From contig CAYWJB010000003.1 in NCBI GenBank assembly GCA_964458495.1, positions 163,195 to 227,194 of the forward strand: DNA of 64,000 nucleotides, read 5' to 3'. This stretch comes from an uncultured Arcobacter sp. Its GTDB lineage: Bacteria > Acidobacteriota > Terriglobia > Bryobacterales > Bryobacteraceae. Below are positions 1-9,761 of the stretch, one piece after another. The position numbers and the translations under genes are program-made. The notes below the pieces were generated by a model. It had not been told where the DNA came from, did no database searches, and saw only the letters and a list, made by a program, of their open reading frames with translations. How positions within the stretch are numbered: the first letter of the stretch is position 1; each line of letters starts with the position of its first letter.

Positions 1-496
1 GGAAGGCAAGCTCCGGCTGATAGAGTTCGGCGATCAGCGCCATGTCGCCGAACACTGCCGTGTCGCCGGCAAAGTAAGCGCGGCGGCCGTCGGGCAGGTG
101 CAGCACGTATCCGGCGGGCTCGCCGCCATAGACGAACTTGCCGTCGTCGAGGATGCCCGAGGAGTGCTTGGCATCCGTCATGGTCACTTTCATGGCGCCC
201 GCCTGCTGCGTGCCGCCCTTGTTCATGGCCGAGGTGTTCTCCACGCCTTTCGATTCAAGCCAGGTGCAGATCTCGAAATTGGAGATCACCTGCGGCTTGA
301 AGCGCTGCGCCAAAGCACCGGCGTCGTTGATGTGGTCGAAATGGCCGTGCGTGACAAGCAGCGTGTCGATGCGCGAAAAATCACGCCCGGAGGGAAACGA
401 AGGATTGCCGGTGACCCAAGGGTCGATGACGACCGTCTGGCCGTTGTCCAGAACCAGTTCGAATGTGCCGTGTCCAAGCCAGGTGATGCCGGTCAT
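1..496 (-). CDS. MBL-fold metal-dependent hydrolase (UPF0173-like), C-terminus beyond window edge
   Basis: Not in the ORF track because it runs off the edge. My reverse translation from ATG at 494-496 gives MTGITWLGHGTFELVLDNGQTVVIDPWVTGNP...LLVTHGHFDHINDAG, which contains the HxHxDH metallo-beta-lactamase motif. Confidence 0.8.
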   Translation of the reverse strand, partial: MTGITWLGHGTFELVLDNGQTVVIDPWVTGNPSFPSGRDFSRIDTLLVTHGHFDHINDAGALAQRFKPQVISNFEICTWLESKGVENTSAMNKGGTQQAGAMKVTMTDAKHSSGILDDGKFVYGGEPAGYVLHLPDGRRAYFAGDTAVFGDMALIAELYQPELAF

Positions 497-527
497 GCCT
501 TCATTCTAAGCAGGCTGGCGCGGCTCG

Positions 528-986
528 TCACTTGCGCTCGTAGCGGCCCATTACGGCGGTTTCGTCGATGATGTGGCCGCGCAGCGCCTTGTCGAATTCA
601 TGCCGCTTCACGCCGGCGGAAACCATCAGGTGCCGCGTGTCCAGCGCGTAGAGCCGGATGTAGTAGCGGTGCGGGCCGTGGCCGCGCGGCGGCATGGGGC
701 CGTTGTAGCCCTCTTTCCCGAAATCATTCACGCCGCTATAGCCCAGCCTGCCCGGCACGAACCCTTCGGCAAGCCCGGTCTCCGTCACCGGGATATCCCA
801 CAGGATCCAGTGCGTCCAAACGCCCCCGGGCGCATCCGGGTCGTCCATGACCAGCGCCAGGCTGCGCGTGCCGGCAGGAATATCCTGCCACTCGAGCGCG
901 GGACTCAGGTCCTCTCCTTCCCCCGTGTGTCGGGCGGGAATCCAACCGCCTTCGTCGAAGGCGAGCGAGCGAATCCGGAAAGCCAT
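528..986 (-). CDS. YbhB/YbcL family Raf-kinase-inhibitor-like (PEBP) protein
   Basis: 152-aa ORF with ATG start. DDPDAPGGVWTHWILWDIP and GPHRYYIRLYALD match PEBP-family signature blocks. Confidence 0.9.
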   Translation of the reverse strand: MAFRIRSLAFDEGGWIPARHTGEGEDLSPALEWQDIPAGTRSLALVMDDPDAPGGVWTHWILWDIPVTETGLAEGFVPGRLGYSGVNDFGKEGYNGPMPPRGHGPHRYYIRLYALDTRHLMVSAGVKRHEFDKALRGHIIDETAVMGRYERK

Positions 987-1005
987 GAGAACCTCCTTCG
1001 GCGAA

Positions 1006-2754
1006 TCAATCCGGCTTCTCTATCTTGATCCCGAAACCCGCCGTTGCCAAGCCCGGGATGGAGACAGGCAAGCGGCCGGTGACGGGCGCCTCCCCGAAGA
1101 CTGCCCGCACGGCCGCCTCCTCGCTCACCCGCGCCGTGCTGAAGGCCGCCAGATAGGCAGTCACCTCGGGGTAGGTGCGCAGCAGGTAGGGATTGCCGAA
1201 AGCGATGAGGATCACCGGCCGGCCGGTGGCCAGAAGCCGTTTCAGGAAACCGGGGTATCCGCCCGCCAGATCCACGCTGCCGCGGTAGGCGGCAGCCGTG
1301 ACGTAGGCGGCCGCCACAATGGCTCCGCACGACGCGGCCTTTTCGGCCTGCGCGGCGAATTCCGCCTCCGGCAGCGAAGGATCAAGCAGCACGGCGCCGC
1401 GGATGCCGCGCGAGCGCAGCTCGTCCGCCAGCCCGAGCCCCTGCGTGGAGAAACGGCTGCCGGAGAGGATGAACCAGCAGGCGCCTTCGCGGTGATCCAG
1501 AGGAACCACGCCGCCTTCGTTTCTTACGAGCGTCACAGCCTTCTGCGCGGTGGAGCGTGCAGCGGCGAGGTCGTCCGGATCGAGCAGCGCATCGGGAATC
1601 TCCTCGATGCGCGCGAAGCGCTGCCGGAACAGCCCCAACCGGAGTTTGGCGCGGAGGATCTTCAGCACGGAAGCATCGATCCGCGCCTGCGTCAGCCGCC
1701 CTTGCCGCAGCGCCTCCAGAACGCCGCGCACGGCGGCGCGCGGGTCTTGCGGTATCAGCAGCAAGTCGTTTCCCGCTTCCAGCGCGCGGACCGCCGCCTC
1801 GCCCGCCGCAAACATCTGCGTCAGCCCGCGCATGTCCATGGCATCGGTGGTGAGGATACCCTGAAAGCCGAGTTCCTCGCGCAAGAGCCCCGTCATGATG
1901 CGGCGCGAGACGGTGGCGGGAATCTGCTCCGGCTCGAGCGCGGGCACCGCCAGGTGCGCTGTCATGATGGCATCGACGCCCGCGTCGATGGCGGCGCGGA
2001 AGGGCACAAGCTCCACGGCGTCGAGCCGCGCGCGGTCCGCAGTGACGGCTCCGAGGCCCATGTGGCTGTCCGTGCTCGTGTCGCCATGGCCGGGGAAATG
2101 CTTCACGGTGACCAGCACGGGCGCGCCCGGCTGCGAGCGCGCGCCTTCGATGTAGGCCCGCACCAGCCGCGCCACCTGCTGCGGGTCTTCTCCGAAGCTG
2201 CGGATGTTGATGATCGGGTTGTCCGGGTTGTTGTTGACGTCGGCGTCAGGCGCAAAGATCCAGTGCACGCCCATCGCGCGCGCCTCCCGCGCTGTCGCCC
2301 GCCCGAGCCTCCGCACTCCTTCCTCGTCGTCTGCCGCCGCGTACGCCATGGCGTGCGGGAACCGCACGGTGGAGGTCATGCGCATGCTGGCGCCGCGTTC
2401 AAAGTCTCCGGCGACGATCAGCGGCAGCCGCGACAGCCGCTGCATGCGGTTCAAGAACGCCGCCATCTGGTAAGGATCGGCGCGCTCCACCACGCCGTCG
2501 CGGACGCGGTTGAGCACAATCAGACCGCCGACGCGCAGCTCCCGCACGAGCGACTCATATTCTTTCCAGGCGGGGCTCCGAGGGTTGGGCGCGTCGCCGT
2601 AGAAAGGGACCATCACCAGCTGCGCCACGCGCTCGGCAGGCGTGAGCGCACGCAGCCACTGCCGGGCAGGATCGGCGGCAGACTTCGCGGGCGGCTGGCC
2701 CGACAGCGCGGCGCAGGCGAGAATCAGAGGAAACAGCGGGTTGCGCACATCCAC
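1006..2754 (-). CDS. Glycoside hydrolase family 3 protein (NagZ-like beta-N-acetylhexosaminidase), exported
   Basis: 582 aa with GTG start and an N-terminal signal-like segment. GH3 blocks are present: IRSFGEDP, VKHFPGHGDTSTDSH, DAIMTAH. Confidence 0.9.
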   Translation of the reverse strand: MDVRNPLFPLILACAALSGQPPAKSAADPARQWLRALTPAERVAQLVMVPFYGDAPNPRSPAWKEYESLVRELRVGGLIVLNRVRDGVVERADPYQMAAFLNRMQRLSRLPLIVAGDFERGASMRMTSTVRFPHAMAYAAADDEEGVRRLGRATAREARAMGVHWIFAPDADVNNNPDNPIINIRSFGEDPQQVARLVRAYIEGARSQPGAPVLVTVKHFPGHGDTSTDSHMGLGAVTADRARLDAVELVPFRAAIDAGVDAIMTAHLAVPALEPEQIPATVSRRIMTGLLREELGFQGILTTDAMDMRGLTQMFAAGEAAVRALEAGNDLLLIPQDPRAAVRGVLEALRQGRLTQARIDASVLKILRAKLRLGLFRQRFARIEEIPDALLDPDDLAAARSTAQKAVTLVRNEGGVVPLDHREGACWFILSGSRFSTQGLGLADELRSRGIRGAVLLDPSLPEAEFAAQAEKAASCGAIVAAAYVTAAAYRGSVDLAGGYPGFLKRLLATGRPVILIAFGNPYLLRTYPEVTAYLAAFSTARVSEEAAVRAVFGEAPVTGRLPVSIPGLATAGFGIKIEKPD

Positions 2755-2787
2755 AGGCTAGCGCAGGGGCCGCGGGTGAAGAATGCG

Positions 2788-3246
2788 TCAGGTCCGCCCG
2801 GTCTTTCGCGCCGCCTTGCGCTTCGGCGCCGCCTCGGATGCCGGAGGCTTGCGCGCGGTTGTCAGCAGGCGGTGAACGGTGCTGGTGAGGTGATGCACCT
2901 CGCGGGCGTTCTTCATGATCACCGTGTCGGCGCCGGTGTTGTGCTCGTTGAGCCCGAGCGCCTCGACGAAGCCGGACAACAGAACGATGGGCACATCGGG
3001 CTTGCGCTTGCGCAACTCGGCGATGAAGCGCGTGCCGTCCATGTCGGGCATGCGGAAATCGGTCACCACGAGGTCATAGCGGTGCCGTTCGAAAAGTTTG
3101 AGCCCTGAGGCGGCGTCTTCGGCGCAGTCCACCGTGTGGCCGAACTCGGCCAGGATGGCCTTGCGGGCGGACAATCCCGAGCGGTTGTCATCGACCAGGA
3201 GAATGCGGGCGGGAGGCGCCGGCCTGGAATTACTCCGCAACGTCAT
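2788..3246 (-). CDS. Single-domain response regulator (REC only)
   Basis: 152 aa. Receiver motifs ILLVDDN, DLVVTDFRMPDMDG and PIVLLSG are followed by a short basic tail, with no output domain. Confidence 0.9.
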   Translation of the reverse strand: MTLRSNSRPAPPARILLVDDNRSGLSARKAILAEFGHTVDCAEDAASGLKLFERHRYDLVVTDFRMPDMDGTRFIAELRKRKPDVPIVLLSGFVEALGLNEHNTGADTVIMKNAREVHHLTSTVHRLLTTARKPPASEAAPKRKAARKTGRT

Positions 3247-3361
3247 GCGCGAAAACCATGCTGAAGGTAACAGACCCGTGAAGCGGGTGTCAATGCGTCT
3301 CTAACACAATGTGCGACAAAAGGATTTTCCTCTTGACTTCGCGCACGGCTTGTGTTGCGGT

Positions 3362-4498
3362 TCACTCCACTTCGCGCGGCGCCGTGTAGCCGGTCTTGTG
3401 GATGATCTGGTATTTGATCGGCTTGTTGCGTTCGTCGACCACGCGCAGCGGCTGGCCGCCTTCGCCAACGAGCTCCACCTTGATCTTGCGCTGCTTGCCG
3501 TCGCGCGCAACGTTGGTGGGCTGATAGGCGAGCGAATAGGTGTTGCGCAGCGCCTCGTTGATCTGGCGGAAGATGCCGCCGTATTCTCCGAAAAAGCGCG
3601 GGAACCAGGCGTAGCCGCCTGTCTCGCGGGCGAAGGTGCGCAGCTGGTTGTCGGCCTGGAGGAAGTCGAGCCGCGCCATGGGGCCGAGATATCCCCGCGC
3701 GTCGTACCACTCGCGCAGCGCCTGCAACGTGCCCAGGGCATAGATGGGCACGCCGGCCGTCTGGAGCTTGCGCCGGCACTGGTCGAAGGTGATTTTCGAA
3801 AAAGTGTCCATGCCGCTGCCGATGTAGAGGATCGCCTTGCGGCCCTCGATTTCGCTCATGCGGTCGGCCACCTCGGTGAGCGCGTCGTAGAGGTTGGATT
3901 CGGAGAAGCCAGGCACGCGCAGGCGCGCCAGGGCATCATAGGTTTCCTGGCGGTTGTTCGTGAAATCGCTCAGGATCTCCGGGCGCAGGTCGAAGGCCAC
4001 AACGGCGATCATGTCCTCCGGCTTCAGCGTCTGCACGAAGCCGTAGGTGGCGGTGAGGGTTTCCTGCCAGCCGTAGGACCAATACTGCTGGAACAGGCCG
4101 CTGAACTCGATCACCATGGCAAGCGTGATGGGCTGCTCGCCGGTGCCGAAGCTGATCACCCGCTGCGGGACGCCGTCCTCCAGCACGCGGAAGACCTGTT
4201 GCGGGATGTTCGGGATGAAACGGCCGCGGTTGTCCAGCACGGCCACGTCCACATTGACCGTCCAGACGTCGCTGCGGAAGGTGGGCCCCTCGACCGGGCC
4301 TTCCTCCGCCTTTTTCCGCATTTTCGAGGGGATCTTCTGGCCTTCCTGCTCGGCTTCGGCCTCGGCGGGCGACTTCTTTTTCGGCCTCGCCACCGTGTCG
4401 CCGGTCTCCTTCTTCGGACCGGCCTGCGGCAGCAGAACCGAGGGGGCCGCGATCATCCACGCCACGGCCAGCGGAAACATCAGGCGGAGCAGTCTCAT
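3362..4498 (-). CDS. VWA-domain protein (acidobacterial VWFA-related family, TIGR03436-like)
   Basis: 378 aa: signal peptide, a Lys/Glu-rich linker, then a VWA-like alpha/beta region. The family call is from memory of the consensus. Confidence 0.75.
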   Translation of the reverse strand: MRLLRLMFPLAVAWMIAAPSVLLPQAGPKKETGDTVARPKKKSPAEAEAEQEGQKIPSKMRKKAEEGPVEGPTFRSDVWTVNVDVAVLDNRGRFIPNIPQQVFRVLEDGVPQRVISFGTGEQPITLAMVIEFSGLFQQYWSYGWQETLTATYGFVQTLKPEDMIAVVAFDLRPEILSDFTNNRQETYDALARLRVPGFSESNLYDALTEVADRMSEIEGRKAILYIGSGMDTFSKITFDQCRRKLQTAGVPIYALGTLQALREWYDARGYLGPMARLDFLQADNQLRTFARETGGYAWFPRFFGEYGGIFRQINEALRNTYSLAYQPTNVARDGKQRKIKVELVGEGGQPLRVVDERNKPIKYQIIHKTGYTAPREVE

Positions 4499-4558
4499 CG
4501 TCTCGATCCCTTCCCCTACAAGATATGACGGCGCGCCAGCCGCGCGAGGTTGCCGAGC

Positions 4559-5350
4559 TCAGTGAATGCGGTCGTCGGGATCCATGTCGCGCGGCGTGCC
4601 ATGCTTCTTCAGGTATACCTGGAACCGCCGCTTGGCCCGTTGCAGCCTCCAGTCCCGGTAGCGTTGCTCCAGACTGGCCAGCACGCCCGGCCCGCTTCTC
4701 GCGCGCCCCGGACGGGCCTTCCCGTACACTCTCAGCCAAACATAGCCGAACAGCAGCCCGCCGAGGTGCGCGAAGTGGCTGACGCCGCCTCCCGTATCGC
4801 CGATGGCGCTCAGGAAGACGATGGCGCCCAGGATCAGCACAAACCAGCGCGCCTCGATGGGAAACATCAAGAACAGATAGATGATCGCCCGCGGAAACAG
4901 GATGGCGAACGCGATCAACACGCCGTAAACCGCGCCGGAGGCGCCAATAGTGCGCGTGTCCATTGAGCCCGCGAGTGTATTCATCACCACCACGCACAGC
5001 CCCGCGCCGATGCCGCAGAAAAAGTAGAAATGCAGGAAGCGCCGCGTGCCCCAGACGTCTTCCAGAGGCCCGCCGAACATCCACAGCGAGAGCATGTTGA
5101 TGAGGATGTGGCCGAAGCCCAGCGGGCTGTGCAGGAACATATAGGTGACCAGCTGCCAGACGGCGAACTGCGTCAGCACGGACCGGGGCGACAGCGCCAG
5201 CCCGGCGAACAGCGGCCCGAAGGCGCTTCTGGCGGCCAGGAAATACAGAACGAAGCAGACGGCGTTGGCGATCAACAGCCAGCGCACGCCCGGCGTGACC
5301 CGGAACATCGACGGCGGTCCCGGCGCCCGGCCTGGAAGGGAATAGCCCAT
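4559..5350 (-). CDS. Rhomboid family intramembrane serine protease
   Basis: 263 aa and multi-TM. Contains GASGAVYG (catalytic Ser) and HFAHLGG (catalytic His). Confidence 0.9.
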   Translation of the reverse strand: MGYSLPGRAPGPPSMFRVTPGVRWLLIANAVCFVLYFLAARSAFGPLFAGLALSPRSVLTQFAVWQLVTYMFLHSPLGFGHILINMLSLWMFGGPLEDVWGTRRFLHFYFFCGIGAGLCVVVMNTLAGSMDTRTIGASGAVYGVLIAFAILFPRAIIYLFLMFPIEARWFVLILGAIVFLSAIGDTGGGVSHFAHLGGLLFGYVWLRVYGKARPGRARSGPGVLASLEQRYRDWRLQRAKRRFQVYLKKHGTPRDMDPDDRIH

Positions 5351-5570
5351 CAGCGAAGTCCGCTCTCTGCTTCAACCATACCATCCGGCACGGGATGAAG
5401 GCCGCTTTGGGCGCGCCTGCCCACGGACCCTGGCATGCGGCGCCGGAGTGACCGTCTGAGTCACAATCCCGGCCGCGCGGACAGGACTACCGTGCGCCGT
5501 CGCCGCGGCGCTCAGCGGCGCTCCTTCCGGGCTTTGGCCGCGTGGATGCCGGGCATGTGGAAGCGGCGCC

Positions 5571-6839
5571 TCAGTTGGTTCCCACCACCTCCGCGCCCGC
5601 CGTCTTTCTCCAAACCAACGCCACGGCCTGCTCATAGAACCCGGCCCAGCGGGGCGGCGCGCTGCGCACCTCGCTCAGCCGCTGCCTCGCCTCCAGCCAC
5701 AGCCCGCGCCGGATGTACTGCGAAGCGAGGGCCAGCCGCGCCTCTTCCTGGGCAGGGTCCTTCTCGAGCACGCGCTCCAGCACGGGCGTCATCTCCCCGC
5801 CGGGCAGGTCCTGCTCGAGAACCGCCAGCCGCAGCAGCGTGCGTGTGTCGGCCACATCCAGGGCCATTGCCTTCCGCCAGGCCTCGCGCGCCTCGACCAG
5901 CCGGCCGCGGCGAGATTCCAGGTCTCCCACGAGCGGCCAAGATTCCGGCCACACCAGTGCCGCCCTGCGCAGCCGCGCATCGGCCGCCTCCAGCCTGCCC
6001 AGTTGCATGGAAAGCCTGCCCAGAACGGTCCACACCAGTCCCGCCGGCGCGGGCGTCACCTGAAGATCACGATTGCGGGCTTCGAGCTTCCACTGCCGCC
6101 CCACGGGGCGCGGACGCTTCAAGAAACGGCGGAGCAGGGCATTGGCTGCGGCCTCGCGATCCGGCCCGAGGGCGGACCATTCCGCCAGTGCCGTTTCCTC
6201 CAGTTTCCCCCCTGAACTGTGGATCAGCGCCTCCGCCAGCGCCCAGCTCTGCGCGTAGAACAGCCGCGCATGCTCCCAGTCGTTGTACAGCGGAGCGCCG
6301 GGCCGCGCGGCCATCAGACCGTCCCAGGGGAGACGGGCGCCGCCTTGCAACAAGCGAATGCGCCGCTCGGCCTCGCGTTTCGGAAGAGGCGAAAGCGCAT
6401 CAGCAAGCCCTTCCTCGAGCCACAGCGGAAGCCGACATCCCGACGAACGCAAAAGGTAATGGACGAACTCATGCCGCAAGGCCGGCATGGCATCCCTGTC
6501 CAGCCGGCCCATCACGATCGCCGACCAGCCCGGACCGCCCGCAAACCAAGCCGGCGAATGCGCGTTGACCCGGAACTCGGCGAATTCCTCCTCGCCCGAA
6601 AAAGCCACGATCCGCAACCGTCCCGGGCTTCGCACGAGCCACGGCGCCGCCTCCGACAGCGCAGCGCGCAACGCCTCGATCTCCTCCATTGCTTCCCGGG
6701 CTTCGTCCGCCCCGGCGGTGGTGATCAGCTCCACCTGCCCCCGCGCCGCGCGCAGCCAGACACGTTCCTCCGCCGCTGCGGAACCGGCCAGCAGCGCGCA
6801 GAACAGAAGCCCGGGGATCGCTGCCTGTCTCATCCACAT
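5571..6839 (-). CDS. Secreted MA-clan metallopeptidase-like protein (DUF1570-like) with C-terminal TPR-like repeats
   Basis: 422 aa with a signal peptide. HEFVH (HExxH) is followed by WLEEGLADAL, a gluzincin-type third ligand. The C-terminal half is helical-repeat-like. Confidence 0.6.
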   Translation of the reverse strand: MWMRQAAIPGLLFCALLAGSAAAEERVWLRAARGQVELITTAGADEAREAMEEIEALRAALSEAAPWLVRSPGRLRIVAFSGEEEFAEFRVNAHSPAWFAGGPGWSAIVMGRLDRDAMPALRHEFVHYLLRSSGCRLPLWLEEGLADALSPLPKREAERRIRLLQGGARLPWDGLMAARPGAPLYNDWEHARLFYAQSWALAEALIHSSGGKLEETALAEWSALGPDREAAANALLRRFLKRPRPVGRQWKLEARNRDLQVTPAPAGLVWTVLGRLSMQLGRLEAADARLRRAALVWPESWPLVGDLESRRGRLVEAREAWRKAMALDVADTRTLLRLAVLEQDLPGGEMTPVLERVLEKDPAQEEARLALASQYIRRGLWLEARQRLSEVRSAPPRWAGFYEQAVALVWRKTAGAEVVGTN

Positions 6840-7100
6840 TTCCCATCGGCAGAAAGCGGCTCAAAGTTGAGACTCAGCGGCCGGGCTTGCGCGCCGGGCC
6901 GCGGACCGGTCAAGCTGAAACCCGTGCCCCGCGGATGGCGAACGACAGAGCGCCCATGGACGGCGGAACCGCTGCTGCTGCCTGCCCCGCCCTCGCAATG
7001 GCGCCTGCCGGAGTCCGTCCTCGGGCCGCTCTGGGGCGCCCCGCCCCCGCCGCAGCCAGCGCGGGGTTTCACCAGAGCCTTCAACGGCCCTGTTTACGCC

Positions 7101-7703
7101 ATGCGGCGGCTGCACACGGCGCCGCGCCTTTGCCTCTCCTGCCGCCCGGCGTGGTATTTCGATTCGCTCGAGACATGCGAGCGGCTCGAACTCGAAGGCC
7201 GCTACCGGCGCGCGAACCCGCCGCCGCGGCGCACGCTGGACGGTTCAGGCCGCATGGCGGCCGTCGGCCTTTCCACCGTGATTGCCTGGCGAGCCGCCGG
7301 ATGGCGGGCGCTGGCGGCGCCGCTGGCCGCGCGGTCGATGCCGCACCGCGCCGGGCTGCTGCACGTGGTCCCGTCCGGCATGCTGGCGCCGCCTTACTCG
7401 ATCACCGCCAACGCAAGCCGCGAGCTCGAACAAGAGCTGGGACTGAGACTGGATGCACGCCGCCTGCTGCTGGCGGGTGTCGCCGTCCATGCCCTCAACC
7501 AGCGGCCGGAGATCTGCACCGTTTATGTCTGTCCACACAGGCCCGGCGGGCGCCTGAACGAAGAGTTCGCGCAGCGCCTGCTGGAGATCCCGCTGACTCC
7601 GGCGCTTCGGACTGCACACCTTGGCGCGTTCTTCCCGCCTGGCGCGGCGGCGCTGGTTCTGGCTGCGCGCCTGCTCCACCACCCGGCTTGCCCTGGGATC
7701 TGA
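7101..7703 (+). CDS. Hypothetical protein with degenerate Nudix-box-like motif
   Basis: This is the C-terminal part of track ORF 6219..7703. High GC3 appears only in this frame. First ATG is at 7101, and an in-frame GTG at 6924 is an alternative start. The motif G-x5-Y-x7-RELEQELGL resembles Gx5Ex7REUxEExGU. Confidence 0.5.
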   Translation: MRRLHTAPRLCLSCRPAWYFDSLETCERLELEGRYRRANPPPRRTLDGSGRMAAVGLSTVIAWRAAGWRALAAPLAARSMPHRAGLLHVVPSGMLAPPYSITANASRELEQELGLRLDARRLLLAGVAVHALNQRPEICTVYVCPHRPGGRLNEEFAQRLLEIPLTPALRTAHLGAFFPPGAAALVLAARLLHHPACPGI

Positions 7704-7772
7704 ACCATCAGCGCCGCCCTTTGCGTTTCCGCCCCTGCGTGAGAGGATGAAGAGTCAGGGCGCATCCACGCC

Positions 7773-8234
7773 ATGCTCCGGCATCCCAGCCTCAGGCCGC
7801 TGTCCCGCCAGCACCACCACGCTCTCGCGCTGTGTGTCCTGATCCGCCGGGGGCTCGGCGGCGCACAGCCGGACTTGGGCGGGCTCGCCCGCCGCGTCCT
7901 GCGGGATTTCGAAGGCGGGATCCGCGGCCACTTCGATGCCGAGGAACGGATCCTTTTCCCCGAGGCGCGGCGGGTGGGTGACCTCGAGCCGCTGGTCGAG
8001 CGGCTCCTCGGAGAGCACCGGCGCCTGAAGAGGCTTGTGGCGGCGCTGGCGGCGCAGCCCGCGGCGGCGGCGCTCGAGGAGTTCGCCACCTTGCTGCACT
8101 CGCACGTGCGAGTGGAGGAGAATGAGTTGTTCGAACAGCTGCAGAACCGGCTGGACTCCGGCGCGCTGGCCCGTCTTGGCGAGGCGTTGGAAGACCTGCC
8201 CGGACCGGCATGCAGCACCGAAGAACCGGTGTAA
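7773..8234 (+). CDS. Hemerythrin (HHE cation-binding) domain protein
   Basis: 153 aa. His/Glu pairs are spaced as in hemerythrin domains: QHHHAL, GHFDAEERILFP, GEHRRL, HSHVRVEENELF. Confidence 0.8.
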   Translation: MLRHPSLRPLSRQHHHALALCVLIRRGLGGAQPDLGGLARRVLRDFEGGIRGHFDAEERILFPEARRVGDLEPLVERLLGEHRRLKRLVAALAAQPAAAALEEFATLLHSHVRVEENELFEQLQNRLDSGALARLGEALEDLPGPACSTEEPV

Positions 8235-8239
8235 ACCAG

Positions 8240-9127
8240 ATGTCTGCTCTTCTTCAATCCTCCATCCCCGAACTGCTGTTGCTCGCCAGAGGCAAGGTTC
8301 GCGACGTCTATGCCGTGGGCGAGGACAGCCTCCTGATGGTTGCTACGGACCGCATCTCCGCCTTTGACTGCGTGCTGCCAAACCCTATCCCGGACAAGGG
8401 CAGGATCCTGACGCAGCTCTCGCTGTTCTGGTTCGAGTTCTTGCGCGATGTCACGCCGAACCATCTGATTACCGCCAACGTGGATGAATACCCGGAGCCG
8501 CTGCACGCCTACCGCAGCCAGCTGGAAGGGCGCTCGATGCTCGTGCGCCGGCTGCGCATGGTCGAGGTGGAGTGCGTCGCCCGCGGCTACCTGGCCGGCT
8601 CGGGCTGGAAAGAGTACACCGCGCAGGGCACGGTGTGTGGCATCCCGCTGCCGCCGGGGCTGCGCGAATGCGACAAGCTGCCCGAGCCCCTGTTTACGCC
8701 CGCCTACAAGGCGCAGACGGGCCACGATGAAAACATCTCCTACTCGAGGGTCGAGGCGATCACCGGCAAGGAGACGGCCGCGCGCTTGCGGGAGCTGACG
8801 CTGGCCATCTATTTGAAGGCGGCCGCCTACGCCGAAAGCCGCGGCATTCTGCTGGCCGACACGAAGTTCGAGTTCGGCCTTCTCGGCGGCGAGCTGGTCC
8901 TCGCCGACGAAGTGCTGACGCCGGACTCCTCGCGTTTCTGGCCCGCCGACGCGTACGAGCCGGGCAAGCCGCAGCCGTCCTTCGACAAGCAGTACGTGCG
9001 CGACTACCTGGAATCGCTGGCCTGGGACAAGCAGCCGCCCGCGCCGGAGCTGCCGCCGGACGTGGTAGAGAAGACCGCGGAGAAGTATCACGAGGCCTAC
9101 CGCCGCCTCACCGGCAAGTCCCTATGA
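8240..9127 (+). CDS. purC: Phosphoribosylaminoimidazole-succinocarboxamide synthase
   Basis: GKVRDVY...LLMVATDRISAFD...LADTKFEFG are SAICAR synthetase blocks. I chose the internal ATG at 8240, 6 nt after the upstream stop. Confidence 0.95.
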   Translation: MSALLQSSIPELLLLARGKVRDVYAVGEDSLLMVATDRISAFDCVLPNPIPDKGRILTQLSLFWFEFLRDVTPNHLITANVDEYPEPLHAYRSQLEGRSMLVRRLRMVEVECVARGYLAGSGWKEYTAQGTVCGIPLPPGLRECDKLPEPLFTPAYKAQTGHDENISYSRVEAITGKETAARLRELTLAIYLKAAAYAESRGILLADTKFEFGLLGGELVLADEVLTPDSSRFWPADAYEPGKPQPSFDKQYVRDYLESLAWDKQPPAPELPPDVVEKTAEKYHEAYRRLTGKSL

Positions 9128-9684
9128 ACTGGCTCGACATCCTGTTCGTGATCGTTTTACTCGGCTCCGTCATCGAGGGGATTCGTATCGGCTTTTCCCG
9201 CACCGTCATCGGGCTGATTTCGGCCATTGTCGGCCTGATCCTGGCCGCGTGGTTTTATGGCGCGGTGGCGGCGTATTTCAAGCCGTGGCTGGCCTCCGCC
9301 GCCGTGGCCAACATTGCCGCCTTCCTGCTCATCTTCATCGCCGTGCAGGCTGCCGGCGCGCTGCTCGGCCTGGTGTGCGCGAAGATCTTCAAGTGGACGG
9401 GGCTCGGCTGGCTCGACAGGCTTCTCGGGGCCGCCGGAGGCGCCCTGAAGGCGGCCTTCGCCGCGGCGGTGCTTGTGCTGGTCTTTTCCGCATTCCACTC
9501 CAGGCCGCTGGAGGAAGCGATCGCGGGCTCCCGCGCCGCGCCGCATCTGCTCGCCGCGGCCCAGGTGATGGTCTACATGTGCCCGCGCTCGCTGCGCGAC
9601 GACTTCGCCGAGACCTACGACCGGATCCGTGAATTATGGCGCAAGCGCGCGCCGTCCCGCGGCCTGCCCGCGGCCAGCGCTTAG
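9124..9684 (+). CDS. cvpA: CvpA family membrane protein
   Basis: 186 aa with about 4 TM helices. The N-terminus MNWLDILFVIVLLGSVIEGIRIGF is typical of CvpA. ATGA overlap with the purC stop. Confidence 0.85.
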   Translation: MNWLDILFVIVLLGSVIEGIRIGFSRTVIGLISAIVGLILAAWFYGAVAAYFKPWLASAAVANIAAFLLIFIAVQAAGALLGLVCAKIFKWTGLGWLDRLLGAAGGALKAAFAAAVLVLVFSAFHSRPLEEAIAGSRAAPHLLAAAQVMVYMCPRSLRDDFAETYDRIRELWRKRAPSRGLPAASA

Positions 9685-9723
9685 CAGCCCGCCCCCGCCG
9701 CAGCGCGATTGCTGCACCCGAAA

Positions 9724-9751
9724 TACATGACACGTCATCCAATGTCGTGTA
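9724..9751 (+). promoter_or_regulatory. Imperfect inverted repeat upstream of the MarR gene (candidate operator)
   Basis: TACATGACA (9724-9732) and TGTCGTGTA (9743-9751) are 8/9 complementary with a 10-nt spacer. The repeat ends 11 nt before the marR-family ATG. Confidence 0.25.
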
Positions 9752-9761
9752 AACTGAAAAC

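Noticed and set aside
5435-6568. 377-aa Pro/Arg/Ala-rich + strand ORF, plus several overlapping ORFs at 5632-6258.
   Set aside because: They are antisense or out-of-frame to the 5571..6839 metallopeptidase-like gene. The composition is typical of wrong-frame translation in GC-rich DNA.
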